Counted from the stretch's first letter, positions 23,306 through 34,086 are shown. The stretch is DNA of 64,000 nt from Callorhinchus milii (GCF_018977255.1 NW_024704771.1:3410001-3474000); one strand, 5' to 3'. A program made the numbers and translations. The notes: generated from the sequence alone by a model not told the origin.

Positions 23306-23963
23306 GAGGCTCCGTTGTGGAGGGCGCTATACAAATCCAAGCTGTTGTTGTTGTTGTTGAACCTGGTTGTTAGTTGATTGGCTTTCTGATAGTCATAACT
23401 GTTTGTGGGACACTGCTGTATGCAATTGACTGTTGCCTTTCGCCCACAAAATACACAGAAACCATTGCTTAAGAGTCTCCAAATCAAAGCGAGAATTCCA
23501 TACATCCCACCTCCACACGGAAATCCCAGAGGCAGATTGTTGGAATGAAGTGTGTCCTGGACACGCTTCTGCTGCCCTAATTCCAGAGAGTATTAGGGGC
23601 AGGTTAGCACGATCCAAGGCTTGTGGGGACGCCAGAGTGCGTTGGGGTAATTGCTGGAGTCTAACCAGCTAAACCCGGATAGCTTGCCATTGATATCACT
23701 GTCTGGCAAGCTTTCCCACTGCCTTGGGATGTCCTCCTGATGCGAAAAGTGCTCTATAAATTTACATTTGTTGCTGCTGTTCAGCTCGGACCACCCTACC
23801 CGTTAGGGCTTTGGTTGCAGGGTTAACAGGAGCTGAGTGGGAGGGTTCCTGTTCCTAATGAACCAGAGGATGGGAGTAAATTAGAGGGGAATGTATTATA
23901 GCTGTCCCAACGGGAGCCCGAAATAACACTTGTTATTTAATATTTAATGTTTAACATTTACAG

Positions 23964-24193
23964 GAAAAGAGAATCTCATCACTGCTATCGATGACGTTGA
24001 GGACTCCCACACAACCAGGTCGCTGCTGGAGAAGGAACAGCCCACTTTAGTAGAATGCTGCGCTGGGATTTACGTGTTTAAACGCAGACCTGTCGGTGTG
24101 GAGCAGGGGGACGATGGGAACCGAGAGGAAAAGAAACGACTCCAGGAATTTTTGAACAAATATTTAAATTTGTCAGGAGAGGGAGTGAACTAA
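23964..24193 (+). CDS. Terminal exon of the same gene (GKENLITAIDDVEDS...QPTLVECCAGIYVF...NREEKKRLQEFL...*)
   Basis: tttaacatttacag| acceptor, phase 1, 76 codons open to TAA; alternating beta/alpha pattern. Confidence 0.55.
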
Positions 24194-24199
24194 AAATTC

Positions 24200-24545
24200 A
24201 CTCAGTGGTTAGAGCACTCGCCTCGCAAGCGAGAGGACCTGGGTTGGATTCCCAGGCAGGGCAAAACCTTAAGTAAGTTTCTTTACCCCACACGCCACTG
24301 ATTACCCAACAGTAAGTAGGAACCCGGTTGTTATTCGATCGGTGGATGGCTTTTCCAGGGGGAATAATTCCTTGAAAAAAAAAATTGGTCACTCAATCCC
24401 CGACTGTTTGTGGGACGCTGCTGTGTGCAATTAGCTGCCTTGTTTCACTCACAAATTATACAGTCAATTCACTTTACAGTATATTCTGTGAAATGTTTCA
24501 ATGTCGTGATAAGGCGCTATATGACATTCAAGAGTTTTTATTATA
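24200..24545 (+). mobile_element. tRNA-SINE, older long subfamily (keeps the central cagtaagtaggaacccgg segment)
   Basis: Head, central segment and tail are all present; one example of dozens of such copies and fragments across the window. Confidence 0.85.
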
Positions 24546-25022
24546 ATTATTAAAAATGAACACAACGATATTGGATTGAGCGAGTTTGTTAAATCAGCTC
24601 ACAGTTGTAAGCCGTCCCTAATGAATGGAGATTCGTACAATCAAAAGTAAAAATGTTCTCACCAGAAAGTCATTTTGTTTGCAATCATTTCAACGGTCCA
24701 CTCCTGATAACAAGACACTGTCTTAACTACTCATTACTGTATCACTTACATAACCTATCCTTCAGATGAGATGTTAAACCTGTCCTGTCCTCCTGTACGG
24801 GTTAAAGATCTTCTGCGGAGCTATTTGAAAAGAGAAGGGAGTTTCTCTCTCCCAATGCCCTGCCGACAATCCCCCAAATAACACTGGTCACTCAATCCAC
24901 AGCTGTTCGTGGACACCGCTGTGTGCAACTGGCTGCACTTTGCAGTGCACAGTCACTATTCTTTACGGTATATCCTGTGAAGCACTTTGAGACGTCTCAA
25001 TGACGTGATAAGGTAAGAATTA

Positions 25023-25103
25023 TTATTTGAATCTAATTGAGGCGTACTCGATGGCTGGATATGATGACCTCCTTCCTGCTCTGCGATTGGCTTCTCTTGC
25101 ATC
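25023..25103 (-). CDS. Receptor A (- copy) terminal exon homolog: DAREANRRAGRRSSYPAIEYASIRFK*
   Basis: ttgttatttctag| acceptor; clear paralog of 43765-43899 with a 54-nt deletion. Whether it is translated in frame depends on splicing. Confidence 0.6.
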   Translation of the reverse strand, partial: DAREANRRAGRRSSYPAIEYASIRFK

Positions 25104-25124
25104 CTAGAAATAACAACAACCACA

Positions 25125-25860
25125 CATTACACTTACACACATTACATTTACGTCTGTCATGTTGGGAGGATGTCCCAAGGCACTGACAGTCAGGCATTTG
25201 GACCTGAGCTAGGGGTTGGGATCAGGAGACGTGGACGGGGAGGGTAGGGGTAGGAGAGTGGCGTAATAAGTGGTCGAAGAGGAGAGTCTTGAGTTGGGCT
25301 TTATATAAATGTAATTTTATTGTTGTTTGTTGTTGAAGGAGGCGACGGAGGGGCCGAGGAGAAGGGACTGTGGGATGGGGTGGAGAGGCTGAAGGCCCGA
25401 CTGCCGATGGTGGGGTGGGCCGGGTGGGGAATGTGGAACGGGCCAGAGCCTGGTGAGCAGAGGGACCAGACAGGTCTATAAGGGGTTAGCAGGTCACTGA
25501 GGTAGGGAGGAACAAGGTTGTGGAGGGATTTGAAGGCAAGGATGAGGATTTTGAATTGTATCCCCTGTGTGATGGGAAGCCAGTGGAGTTGGGCGAGGGT
25601 TGGGGTAATGGGGTCACGGAGCCTAGCGCGGCAGAGGACACAAACTACAGAGTTCTGGATGATCTGCAGTTTGTGGAGGGAAGAGTTGGGAAGGCCAACA
25701 AGCAGCGAGTTGGGTAGTCGAGCCTAGATGTAATAAATGCGCGGGTGAGGGTTTCGGTGGCCTGAGGGGAGAGACAGTGGCGGAGCCGACCGACGTTGCG
25801 GAGGTGGGTCATGGCACAGATGTACGGTAGAAAAGGCAGTTTGAGGGTCAAACAAGTCAA
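25125..25860 (-). mobile_element. L2 LINE 3' fragment
   Basis: RLRHCLSPQATETLTRAFITSRLDY through to the 3' tail. Confidence 0.82.
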
Positions 25861-25879
25861 AGTAGACAGTTGTTTAAAC

Positions 25880-26609
25880 CAGAGGGTCTAACCTGCTGGC
25901 TGCTGAGGTCGGATCCCTATTTGAGAAATGTCCTGTTTGACATGTTTGGCAATGGAACGTGGGAATCGAGTCAGGATTCTGTGACGGTCTCTAGTCTGGT
26001 TCCTGAGCCAGGAGGGTCTGCAGGATTCCAGGGCACTCACTGCTGATGGCCTCCCAGCCCGGCCTGGCGCATCAGCAGGACCTGGAAGGGCCGACCAGTC
26101 ACTGGAGGCAGGGAGTCATCCCACTCAGCTCCTGTTAACCTGCAGCCAAAGCCCTAACTATCGGGTGGTCCTGGCTGGACAAGCAGCGAGAAAGCTGGTC
26201 AGACAGTGATATCAATGACAAGCTGTGTGGTTTTAGCCGGTTAGCCTCCAGCAGTTACCCCAACGCACACTCTGGGGTCCCAAAGCCTTGGCTCTTACGA
26301 CGCCTAATATTTTCCAGAATTTGGTCAGCAGGATGTGTCCCTCCGGGGAGAGAGTGTGGATTCCATTCCAACAATCTGTCTCTGGGATTTCCAGGTGTAG
26401 GTGGGATGTGTGGAAATCTCAGCTTGGTTTGGAGGCTCTTAAGCAACGACGATGGGTTTCCGTGTGTGTCGGATACCCGGCTGACCCCAAACTAATGGAT
26501 TGTCCAGTCCAGATTGGCTCTCCTGATTGGCTTGGGACCTGCGTGTCCTCTGTATTGGAATCCTCCTGCGGGCCTGATGTGGCCCACGGGCCGCCAGTGG
26601 ACTCACCTG
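25880..26609. mobile_element. Non-autonomous hAT/Charlie-like DNA element
   Basis: Degenerate CAG-initiated ends with a ggcccgtgggccacatcaggcccgc subterminal motif; internal pieces recur at about 20680-20840, 21250-21360, 23460-23850, 46220-46320 and 53280-53400. Confidence 0.5.
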
Positions 26610-26639
26610 ACGTAAGCCATCATGCTGTCAGTGTCCCGG
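26607..26639 (-). CDS. Receptor A cytoplasmic exon remnant; would end the protein at AGTLTA* (TGA 26620-26622)
   Basis: Similar to the 3' half of exon 43036-43097 (gcagc..gacactg...tggc...cag|gt); good donor gtgagt, weak A-rich acceptor. Confidence 0.4.
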
Positions 26640-26659
26640 CTGCATGTATGTATCTATGT

Positions 26660-26930
26660 ATTTATATTATTTTCAGTCGTGATCTAAACGCGGGGAAGGA
26701 GCGGGTGAGGTGGAGGGATTGGCGGGAGAGAGATCCAAAGCTTCCGGGCGCAGGGGCTAAACGTACGGCCACCGATGGTGGAGCGGAGGGAACGAGGGTC
26801 AAGCAGGAGGCCGGAGCCAGTCGAGTGAAGGCAGCGGGCTGTGGGGTAAACAGGTCGGAGAGGTGGGGAGGTGCCAGGCCATGAAGGGATTTGAAGACGA
26901 GCGAGAAGATCTTGAAAACGCTAAACCTTG
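26660..26930 (-). mobile_element. Old L2 fragment immediately after the TM exon; orthologous copy at about 42670-42925 (+)
   Basis: Same position in both receptor genes, diverged, so it predates the duplication. Confidence 0.78.
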
Positions 26931-26942
26931 AGACGCACTCAC

Positions 26943-27089
26943 CAGTTTTCCTTCGAGCGAGGCAGTGCAGGCCCAAGACTATAGATATGGAGCCGGCAAT
27001 GACAAGCAGGGCAACTTTACCGTAAAAGATGATCTTGTGAACCTGAACCTCTGTGCTCACAGGAGGCAAACACCCTGCACTGAGGTCAA
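26943..27089 (-). CDS. Receptor A stalk/TM exon: VDLSAGCLPPVSTEVQVHKIIFYGKVALLVIAGSISIVLGLHCLARRKT
   Basis: cttgtctgcag| acceptor, |gtgagt donor, phase 1 to 1, hydrophobic helix with Lys (AAA at 27016-27018), RRK stop-transfer; paralog of 42526-42654. Confidence 0.85.
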
Positions 27090-27594
27090 CTGCAGACAAG
27101 AAAACACGTCATCAAACACTGATAATGCAGTTGTTATAATATGCAACCATAATGATCCTTGCCTTTGACATAACGGTGCTGACAGTCCTCGAATTTAGTA
27201 TCGCGCCGCACCGCGTTGTTGAGACGTTTCAAAGCGCTTCACAGAATATACCGTAAAATGGAGTGACTGTACATTTAGTCGGCAAAACATGGCAGCCAGT
27301 TTGCACAAACAGTCATGCAGAGAGTGACCAATGTTATCCAGGGGAGAGAGAGAAAAAAAAAACACCCTTCTCTTTTCCAATGGTGCCGTGGGAGATCTTT
27401 AAACAAATAAATGGCACATTTAAAACCGAGGATACCTGTGGTCGGGGGCGCGTCACAAAGCGCTTCACGGGATTCGCCGTAACATGTAGTAATTGTAATT
27501 ATATCGAATATCAAATGCAAGGTTTAATTTTATTATCTCTTCGTGATGATCCAACCTTTGGCTGAGGACCTGCTCTTTTCCAATAGCGCTGCAG

Positions 27595-28826
27595 GATCTT
27601 TAACATCCACCTGAACAGGCAGACGGGACCTCGGTTTAACGTCTAATCCAAAGGACAGCGTCTCCAACAATGCAATCTCTCCCCCAGCGCTGCATCAGCT
27701 TAGACTGTGATGATTCCAAGTCCCGAGTTGGGGCTTGAACCCACACAGAGGCCAGAGCGCTACCACTGAGCCAACACAGCCACAAAAGTCTGTTAGCTCT
27801 TATTTCATGAGTTGTTGCATTCAGCAAGCGTGTGCGCGGGGGACAGTGGTTAACCTCCTCTCGCTCTCTCTCCCAGTATCAGCAGGCGTCTGTGTAACCT
27901 GTCTGTGTCTACGAGTCCGCACATGTCTGTGTAAGGAGGTTATGTGATTAACAGTCAGAATCAGCAGAAAGGCATTGCTGCTTTTCCACCATTGTACATT
28001 TTCAGTTTCCCAATTTGTCATTTGACTTAAGACATATTCATTTTTAGTATCTTCCTCATCGCTGGTGCCTCCCCATCCATCGGTCTGTCTGCCCTTGGGA
28101 CGTCCTCCCAAAATGAAAGGCACTCTACAAATCCAATTGGTGGTTGTTGTTGCCTGTCCGTCCATCCCTCCTTCCCTCCCTCCATCCACCCGTCCGTTTT
28201 ATTATTAAATAAATCATATTTTTTTTAAATTTGGTCGCTCGAACCACGGCTGTTCGTGGCCACTGCTGCGCACAATTGGCTGCCACGTTTCAACGACAAA
28301 TTACACGAGCAATTCACTTCACAGGTTATTCTGTGAAGCGCTTTGAGACGTCTCAACGACGTGATAAGGCGCTATAATCAAATGCAAGGATGATTATCAT
28401 TATTACTATCATTATTGTCAGCTTGAACGTACCTGTTTCTGTGATAACTGTTAGGTTGATTTCTTTCGCTTGTGAAAATCCTGCAGTTTCAACTTTAACT
28501 GTGTAGGTGCCGGTGTCATTCAATTCCAAGTTGTCAAGTAGTAGTGAGGCATTCTCGGGAAAGATGGTTGTTCGACTCTCGTAGGATTCCATGGTGTCTC
28601 CTGTCCCAGAACAATTTAATGTAGATGCCTGGAAGCTCAACAATGTACACCACCTCGTATACACATGGATTGGTTTCAGTGAATGTTGGCAAGTCCAGGT
28701 AATTTTCACGTGATCACTGCGTGGGGTTCTGTATGAAACTGGCAGGAGAACTGAGCCATGCAATGTGCCGTTCACCGTCTGCTGCACAGTCAGTTCAAGG
28801 GCCTCAGCAGAGCCTGCGATAAAATA
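27595..28826. repeat. Inverted duplication arm, near-identical to 39921-41154
   Basis: Base-by-base reading: 1232 vs 1234 bp with about ten differences seen. Confidence 0.95.
28433..28813 (-). CDS. Receptor A IgV exon, CD2/SLAM/CEACAM-type N-domain (no B-F disulfide)
   Basis: ttttatcgcag| acceptor, |gtacgt donor, phase 1 to 1; G.SVLLPV, ITW, NASLLL.NL...DTGTYTV.V, EINLTV motifs. Confidence 0.9.
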
Positions 28827-28904
28827 ATAATTAAAATAATAATAATCCCTTCATTTAATACAGCGGATTATCACATTGTTGAGACGTCTCAAAGTGCTTT
28901 GCGG

Positions 28905-29336
28905 TGTTAGTATAAGAAAAGGTTTAATGGCTCATACGCAGCGGCCTATGAGTTGGGCGCCTGACTGGAGACCACGGGAATGCAAACATACTGATTGAGG
29001 AAGAACAGGGAGTGCGGACAAGGAGCTAAGTAAGGAGGACAACTGGTCTCAGCAAGCAAGAGGGACCTACACGAGCGCACATAGACTAGTGGAAAAGTAC
29101 CATCACGAGCAGATCACAAATACACCAAGTAGTTGGGTACAAATGCAACTAACCCACCAAAGAAAAGTTGAGCTGCACAGAATAAGAATTACAGGTCGCT
29201 GAGCCGCGAGCTGGTCATCAGACAAGACTGCTTATCTGCTAATATATTTCTGTTGCATGTGTCGTTGTCGCCTTGTTGTTGAATAAACTGTCTTGATTGT
29301 GCAACTCTGTGTTCAGACCTTTATTGGTTAATGGCA
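28905..29336 (+). mobile_element. Probable solo LTR
   Basis: TG...CA termini, AATAAA at 29282-29287 about 50 bp from the end, flanked by SINE pieces; no clear TSD. Confidence 0.45.
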
Positions 29337-29807
29337 AGGATCCAATTATAATAATCCTTGCATTTGATATAGCGCTTGTTCTGTGAAGCGATTCACAGAA
29401 CACACCGTGAAGTGAATTGACTGTATATTTGTGGGCGAACGCGGCAGCCAATGGCGCACAGCAATGTCCCACAAACAGTCGTAGATTGAAAATGACCAAT
29501 TTATTATTGTTTTTGGTTTCGGAGGGATTATTATTAGGCTCTGTGTGCAGTAAGGAAACTTGCCCGAGGTTTGGCCCTCTGCTTAATTATTTAATATTTA
29601 AAAAATATTAAATTAAAAAAGCAATAATTTGGACACTCAACCCACGACTGTTTGTGGGACGCTGCTGTGTGCAAATTGGCTGCAACATTTCGCCCACAAA
29701 ATACACAGTATACTCTGTGAAGAATTTTGAGATGCCTTAACGGTGCCATAAGGTGCTTTATGAAAGCAAGGATTAGTATTATTATGAGAGTGATAGTAAT
29801 AATCCTT

Positions 29808-30105
29808 GCATATAATAATAATAATAATCTTCTAGATGTCTCAAAGCGCTTCCCTGAATATACTGTGAAGTGAATTGATCGTATATTTGTGGGCGAACGC
29901 GGCAGCCAATTGCGCACAGCAGCGTCCCATAAACAGTCGTGGATTGAAAATGACCAATTTATTATTGTTTTTGGTTTTGAAGGGATTATTATTAGGCTCT
30001 GTGTGGAGTAAGGAAACTTGCCCAAGGTTTCGCCCTGCCTGGAATTGAACTCAGGTCTCTCGCTTGCAAAGCGAGTGCTCTAACCACTGAGCTACAGGAC
30101 TCCAC
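29808..30105 (-). mobile_element. tRNA-SINE, young subfamily
   Basis: Near-consensus copy in intron 1 of receptor A. Confidence 0.88.
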
Positions 30106-30740
30106 TATGAGGTGCTTTGTCTATATATTATAGGTGCAATGCCATAAACAATCATTGTTCACTATATTTATTTTTATTAATAATAATCCTTGCATTTGAT
30201 AAGGTGCCTTATCACATTCTGGATTCCCCCACCAGAAGAAATCGTAGCTACCCTATCGAATCCCTTTATCATTTTAAACACCTCCGATGACCCCTCAACT
30301 TTCTAAAAAATCAAGGGAATACACGACAGGTTTCTAGGTATGATAGACAAAATAGTTACATGAATTGTTAAGTCAAAATATAATAAAAAGCAATTGTTAA
30401 AAATTATAAAATTACAGGCGGTTTGAATGTCTAGTGTTATAGTTACGACGCCGTCTACAAGTATTGTGACATTTATTTGGATAAACTAACTCAAAAGTAT
30501 TAGCTTAGGCAAGTTTCCTTACTCGACACGTCTCTGTTTGTCTAGCGGCAAGTAAGAACCCGGTTGTTAGTCGATTGGCGGATCGCTTTCTGGGGGCATT
30601 AATCCCTTCACAAAAAAAACGAACTGAATGAATAATAATTTGTTCACTCAATCCACTACTGTTTGTGGGACACTGTTGTGCACAATTGGCTGCTGCATTT
30701 CGCCCACAAAATACAAAGTGGATTCACTTTACAGTATATT

Positions 30741-31059
30741 GTGGAGTCCTGTAGCTCAGTAGTTAGAGCACTCGCTTTGCAAGCGAGAGACCTGAGTTCA
30801 ATTCCAGGCAGAGGGCCAAACCTCGGGCAAGTTTCCTTACTCCACACAGAGCCTAATAATAATCCCTCCAAAACCCAAAACAATAATAAATTGGTCATTT
30901 TCAACTACGACTGTCTGCGGGACATCGCTGTGCGCAATTGGCTGCCGCGTTCGCCCACAAATATACAGTCAATTCACTTTACAGTGTGTTCTGTGAAGCG
31001 CTTTGGGACGTCCTCCCGACGTGAAAAGCGCTATATCAAATGCAAGGATTATTATTATA
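30741..31059 (+). mobile_element. tRNA-SINE, young subfamily, nested in an older SINE
   Basis: The host SINE breaks at cagtatatt and resumes at ctgtgagg. Confidence 0.9.
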
Positions 31060-31195
31060 TTCTGTGAGGTGCTTTGAGCCGTCTCAATGACATGATAAGG
31101 CGCTGTATCAAACACAAGGATTATTATATGTTATTATACTATTATATACGTTTGTCTGTAAAATACAGTCAATACATTTCAAATGCTTTATTCTT

Positions 31196-31790
31196 GTTCA
31201 GAGTTAACGGATCTTAAGGTCGGTTTAAATCCCTGTCCCGTTTGCTCCGAATTCTGCAACCCGTTTGTGAAGCCAAGACAAGGTAAGACGAGGGGAATCG
31301 AGAACCCGTGTAACTTAACAACAAAGCAAAGAGGAAAACATGAGACTTACAGGCGACGACGGTAAGGAAGACACAGGCAACCTGCTGGAAGGAGGTGAGG
31401 GACTCGGGTGGCTGGTACATGCTGTTCAGTGGAGAGACACGCACGAGGGGTGAGGATGACGTTAGAGATCAGAGAGGTGCTGCCACACACTGCTCGCCTC
31501 ACCTGCTCTGTGGTTTCACAAGCACCCGACGCACGCCACACACAAACAAGCCACACGACACACACACGACACACACAAACAAGCCCACCCGACACACGCA
31601 CAGTCACACGACACACACACGACACACACACACACACCCACCCACGCACACAAACACTCCCACACAGAGGGGAACGGATGTGACCCTAACTCACACCTCA
31701 CCCCAACAGCCCTCCCCCGCCACCCACTCACTCATTTCACGGGGACCTGGCCACCTGACTTTGTTTAAAGAGAGCAAATAATAATAATAA
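31196..31790. repeat. Inverted duplication arm (promoter/leader) pairing with about 33250-33826
   Basis: Near-identical over about 31196-31615, patchier towards the promoter. Confidence 0.93.
31351..31420 (-). CDS. Receptor A leader exon: MYQPPESLTSFQQVACVFLTVVA
   Basis: ATG after an acceptor, hydrophobic signal core, |gtaagt donor in phase 1 joining the V exon (T+GC=C, SAEA then LELTV). Confidence 0.85.
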
Positions 31791-32159
31791 TAATAGCCCA
31801 CAAAATACAGTCACTTCACTTGACAGTATATCCTGTGAAGCGCTTCGAGACGTCTCAATGAGGTGACGAGACGCTATATTCTGTGAAGCGCTTTGAGCTG
31901 TCTAGAAGACGTGAAAAGCGCTATATCAAATGCAAGTATTATTATTATATCAAATGATGTTTCAATAATATATTATAGATTATTGCGATAATGCTTTATT
32001 AGTATAGAAAATAATATAACAGTTATTGCCTTTTATAATAATGTAATAATTATATCAGATTATATGTATAATTGTATGTATAATTGGTCACCGTTTGTGG
32101 GACACTGCTGTTTCACCCACAAAATGTACAGTCAATTCACTGTGGCGTATATTCTGTAA

Positions 32160-32488
32160 ATAATAATAATAATAATAATAATCCTTGCATTTGATATAGC
32201 GCTTTTCACGTCGGGAGGACGTCCCAAAGCGCTTCACAGAACACACTGTAAAGTGAATTGACTGTATATTTGTGGGCGAACGCGGCGGCCAATTGCGCAC
32301 AGCAATGTCCCACAGACGGTCGTAGATTGAAAATAACCAATTTATTATTGTTTTGGGTTTTGGAGGGATTATTATTAGGCTCTGTGTGGAGTAAGGAAAC
32401 TTGCCCGAGGTTTGGCCCTCTGCCTGGGATTGAACTCAGGTCTCTCACTTGCAAAGCGAGTGCTCTAACCACTGAGCTACAGGACTCC
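32160..32488 (-). mobile_element. tRNA-SINE, young subfamily, between the two receptor promoters
   Basis: Near-consensus copy. Confidence 0.9.
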
Positions 32489-33601
32489 AAAAGCGCTTTG
32501 AGACGTCTCGAAGACGTGATACGGCGCGATATCAAGCGCAAGGATTATTATTATAGAAACATACAGTCTGTGTTACACAAATAGGAATCGCCATCGTCAG
32601 GGCCTGCAAGGGCTCCAATCGCAATGCGACTCCTCCCATCTCCATCAGTGAGTGAGTGAGTAGCCACAGCATTTTGACGGGCTTTATGTCTGAATTAACA
32701 GATATTTAAAGCGGATGAGAATACAAATGAATCAGGGTGGAGAGGTTCGGCCAATTTACCGGGGTCTGTGTGCCTCGTTGGACGAAAGGCGGAGAGAGGG
32801 AGAGAGAGAAAGCGAAAGAGAGGCAGTGCGAGAATTTGTACTATATGCAACATATTTGATATATAATCTAATTATTATAATAACAGGCAATAACTATTGT
32901 TGTATTGTTATTTTCTATACTAATAATAATTGATAACATATCATTTGATATAGGTCCTTATCATGTCAGTGAGACGTCTTGAAGCGCCTCACAGAATCTA
33001 GTGTATTTTGCGTGCAATAACTATAAATAATTATTAAGTGGGTAATAATCCCTCCAAAAAAAATTATAATTTGGTCTCTGAATCCTTGACTGTTTATGGG
33101 ACACTGCTGTGAGCAATTGGAAGCCGTGTTTCACCCACAAAATATACAGTCAATTTGCTTTATAGTGTTTCCGTGAAACGCTTTGAGACGTCTCGATAAC
33201 GTGATAAGGCGCTGTATCAAATGCAAGGATTATTAATACATATTATATACTATAATTATTATTGTCTCTCTTTAAACAAAGCGGTGTGATTGGGGTGAGG
33301 TGTGAGTTGGGGTAATTCTGAGTCACATCCTTTCCGTCGTGCGTGTGTGTGTGTCGTGCGTGTGTGCCGTGTGGCGGTGCGTGTGTCGGGTGGGCTTGTT
33401 TGTGTGTGTGTCGTGTGGCTGTGCGTGTGTCGGGTGGGCTTGTTTGTGTGCGTCGTGTGTGTGTCGTGTGGCTTGTTTGTGTGTGCCGTGCGTCGGGTGC
33501 TTGTGAAACCACAGAGCAGGTGAGGCGAGCAGTGTGTGGCAGCACCTCTCTGATCTCTAACGTCATCCTCACCCCTCGTGCGTGTCTCTCCACTGAACAG
33601 C

Positions 33602-33671
33602 ATGTACCAGCCACCCGAGTCCCTCACCTCCTTCCAGCAGGTTGCCTGTGTCTTCCTTACCGTCGTCGCCT
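33602..33671 (+). CDS. Receptor B (+ copy) leader exon, identical to receptor A leader
   Basis: Same 70 nt, |gtaagt donor; preceded by an 81-nt 5' UTR intron (33520-33600) mirrored at 31422-31502. Confidence 0.87.
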
Positions 33672-34086
33672 GTAAGTCTCATGTTTTCCTCTTTGCTTTG
33701 TTGTTAAGTTACACGGGTTCTCGATTCCCCTCGTCTTACCTTGTCTTGGCTTCACAAACGGGTTGCAGAATTCGGAGCAAACGGGACAGGGATTTAAACC
33801 GACCTTAAGACCCGTTAACTCTGAACCCTTTCGAATCAATTTATCCAATTCTTTAAGTGTTCAAATAATAATTGAGTCGCTCAATCCATGACTGTTTGTG
33901 GGACACCTCTGTGCGCCTATAGCTGCAAAGGTTCGCCCACAAAATACAGTCAATTCACTTACAATATACAGTATTCTGTGAAGTTCGTTGAGAGATCGCA
34001 ACAACGTGATAAGGCGCTATATCAAATGCAAGGCTTATTATTATGATTAACTGGAAGATAGCGGTTCCTTGATGCTTCATTCAAAG

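Noticed and set aside
27821-28189. Identical 122-aa ORFs at 27821-28189 and 40561-40929
   Set aside because: Intronic sequence duplicated by the conversion tract; it starts in a GGAT/GGAG repeat and has no splice or homology support.
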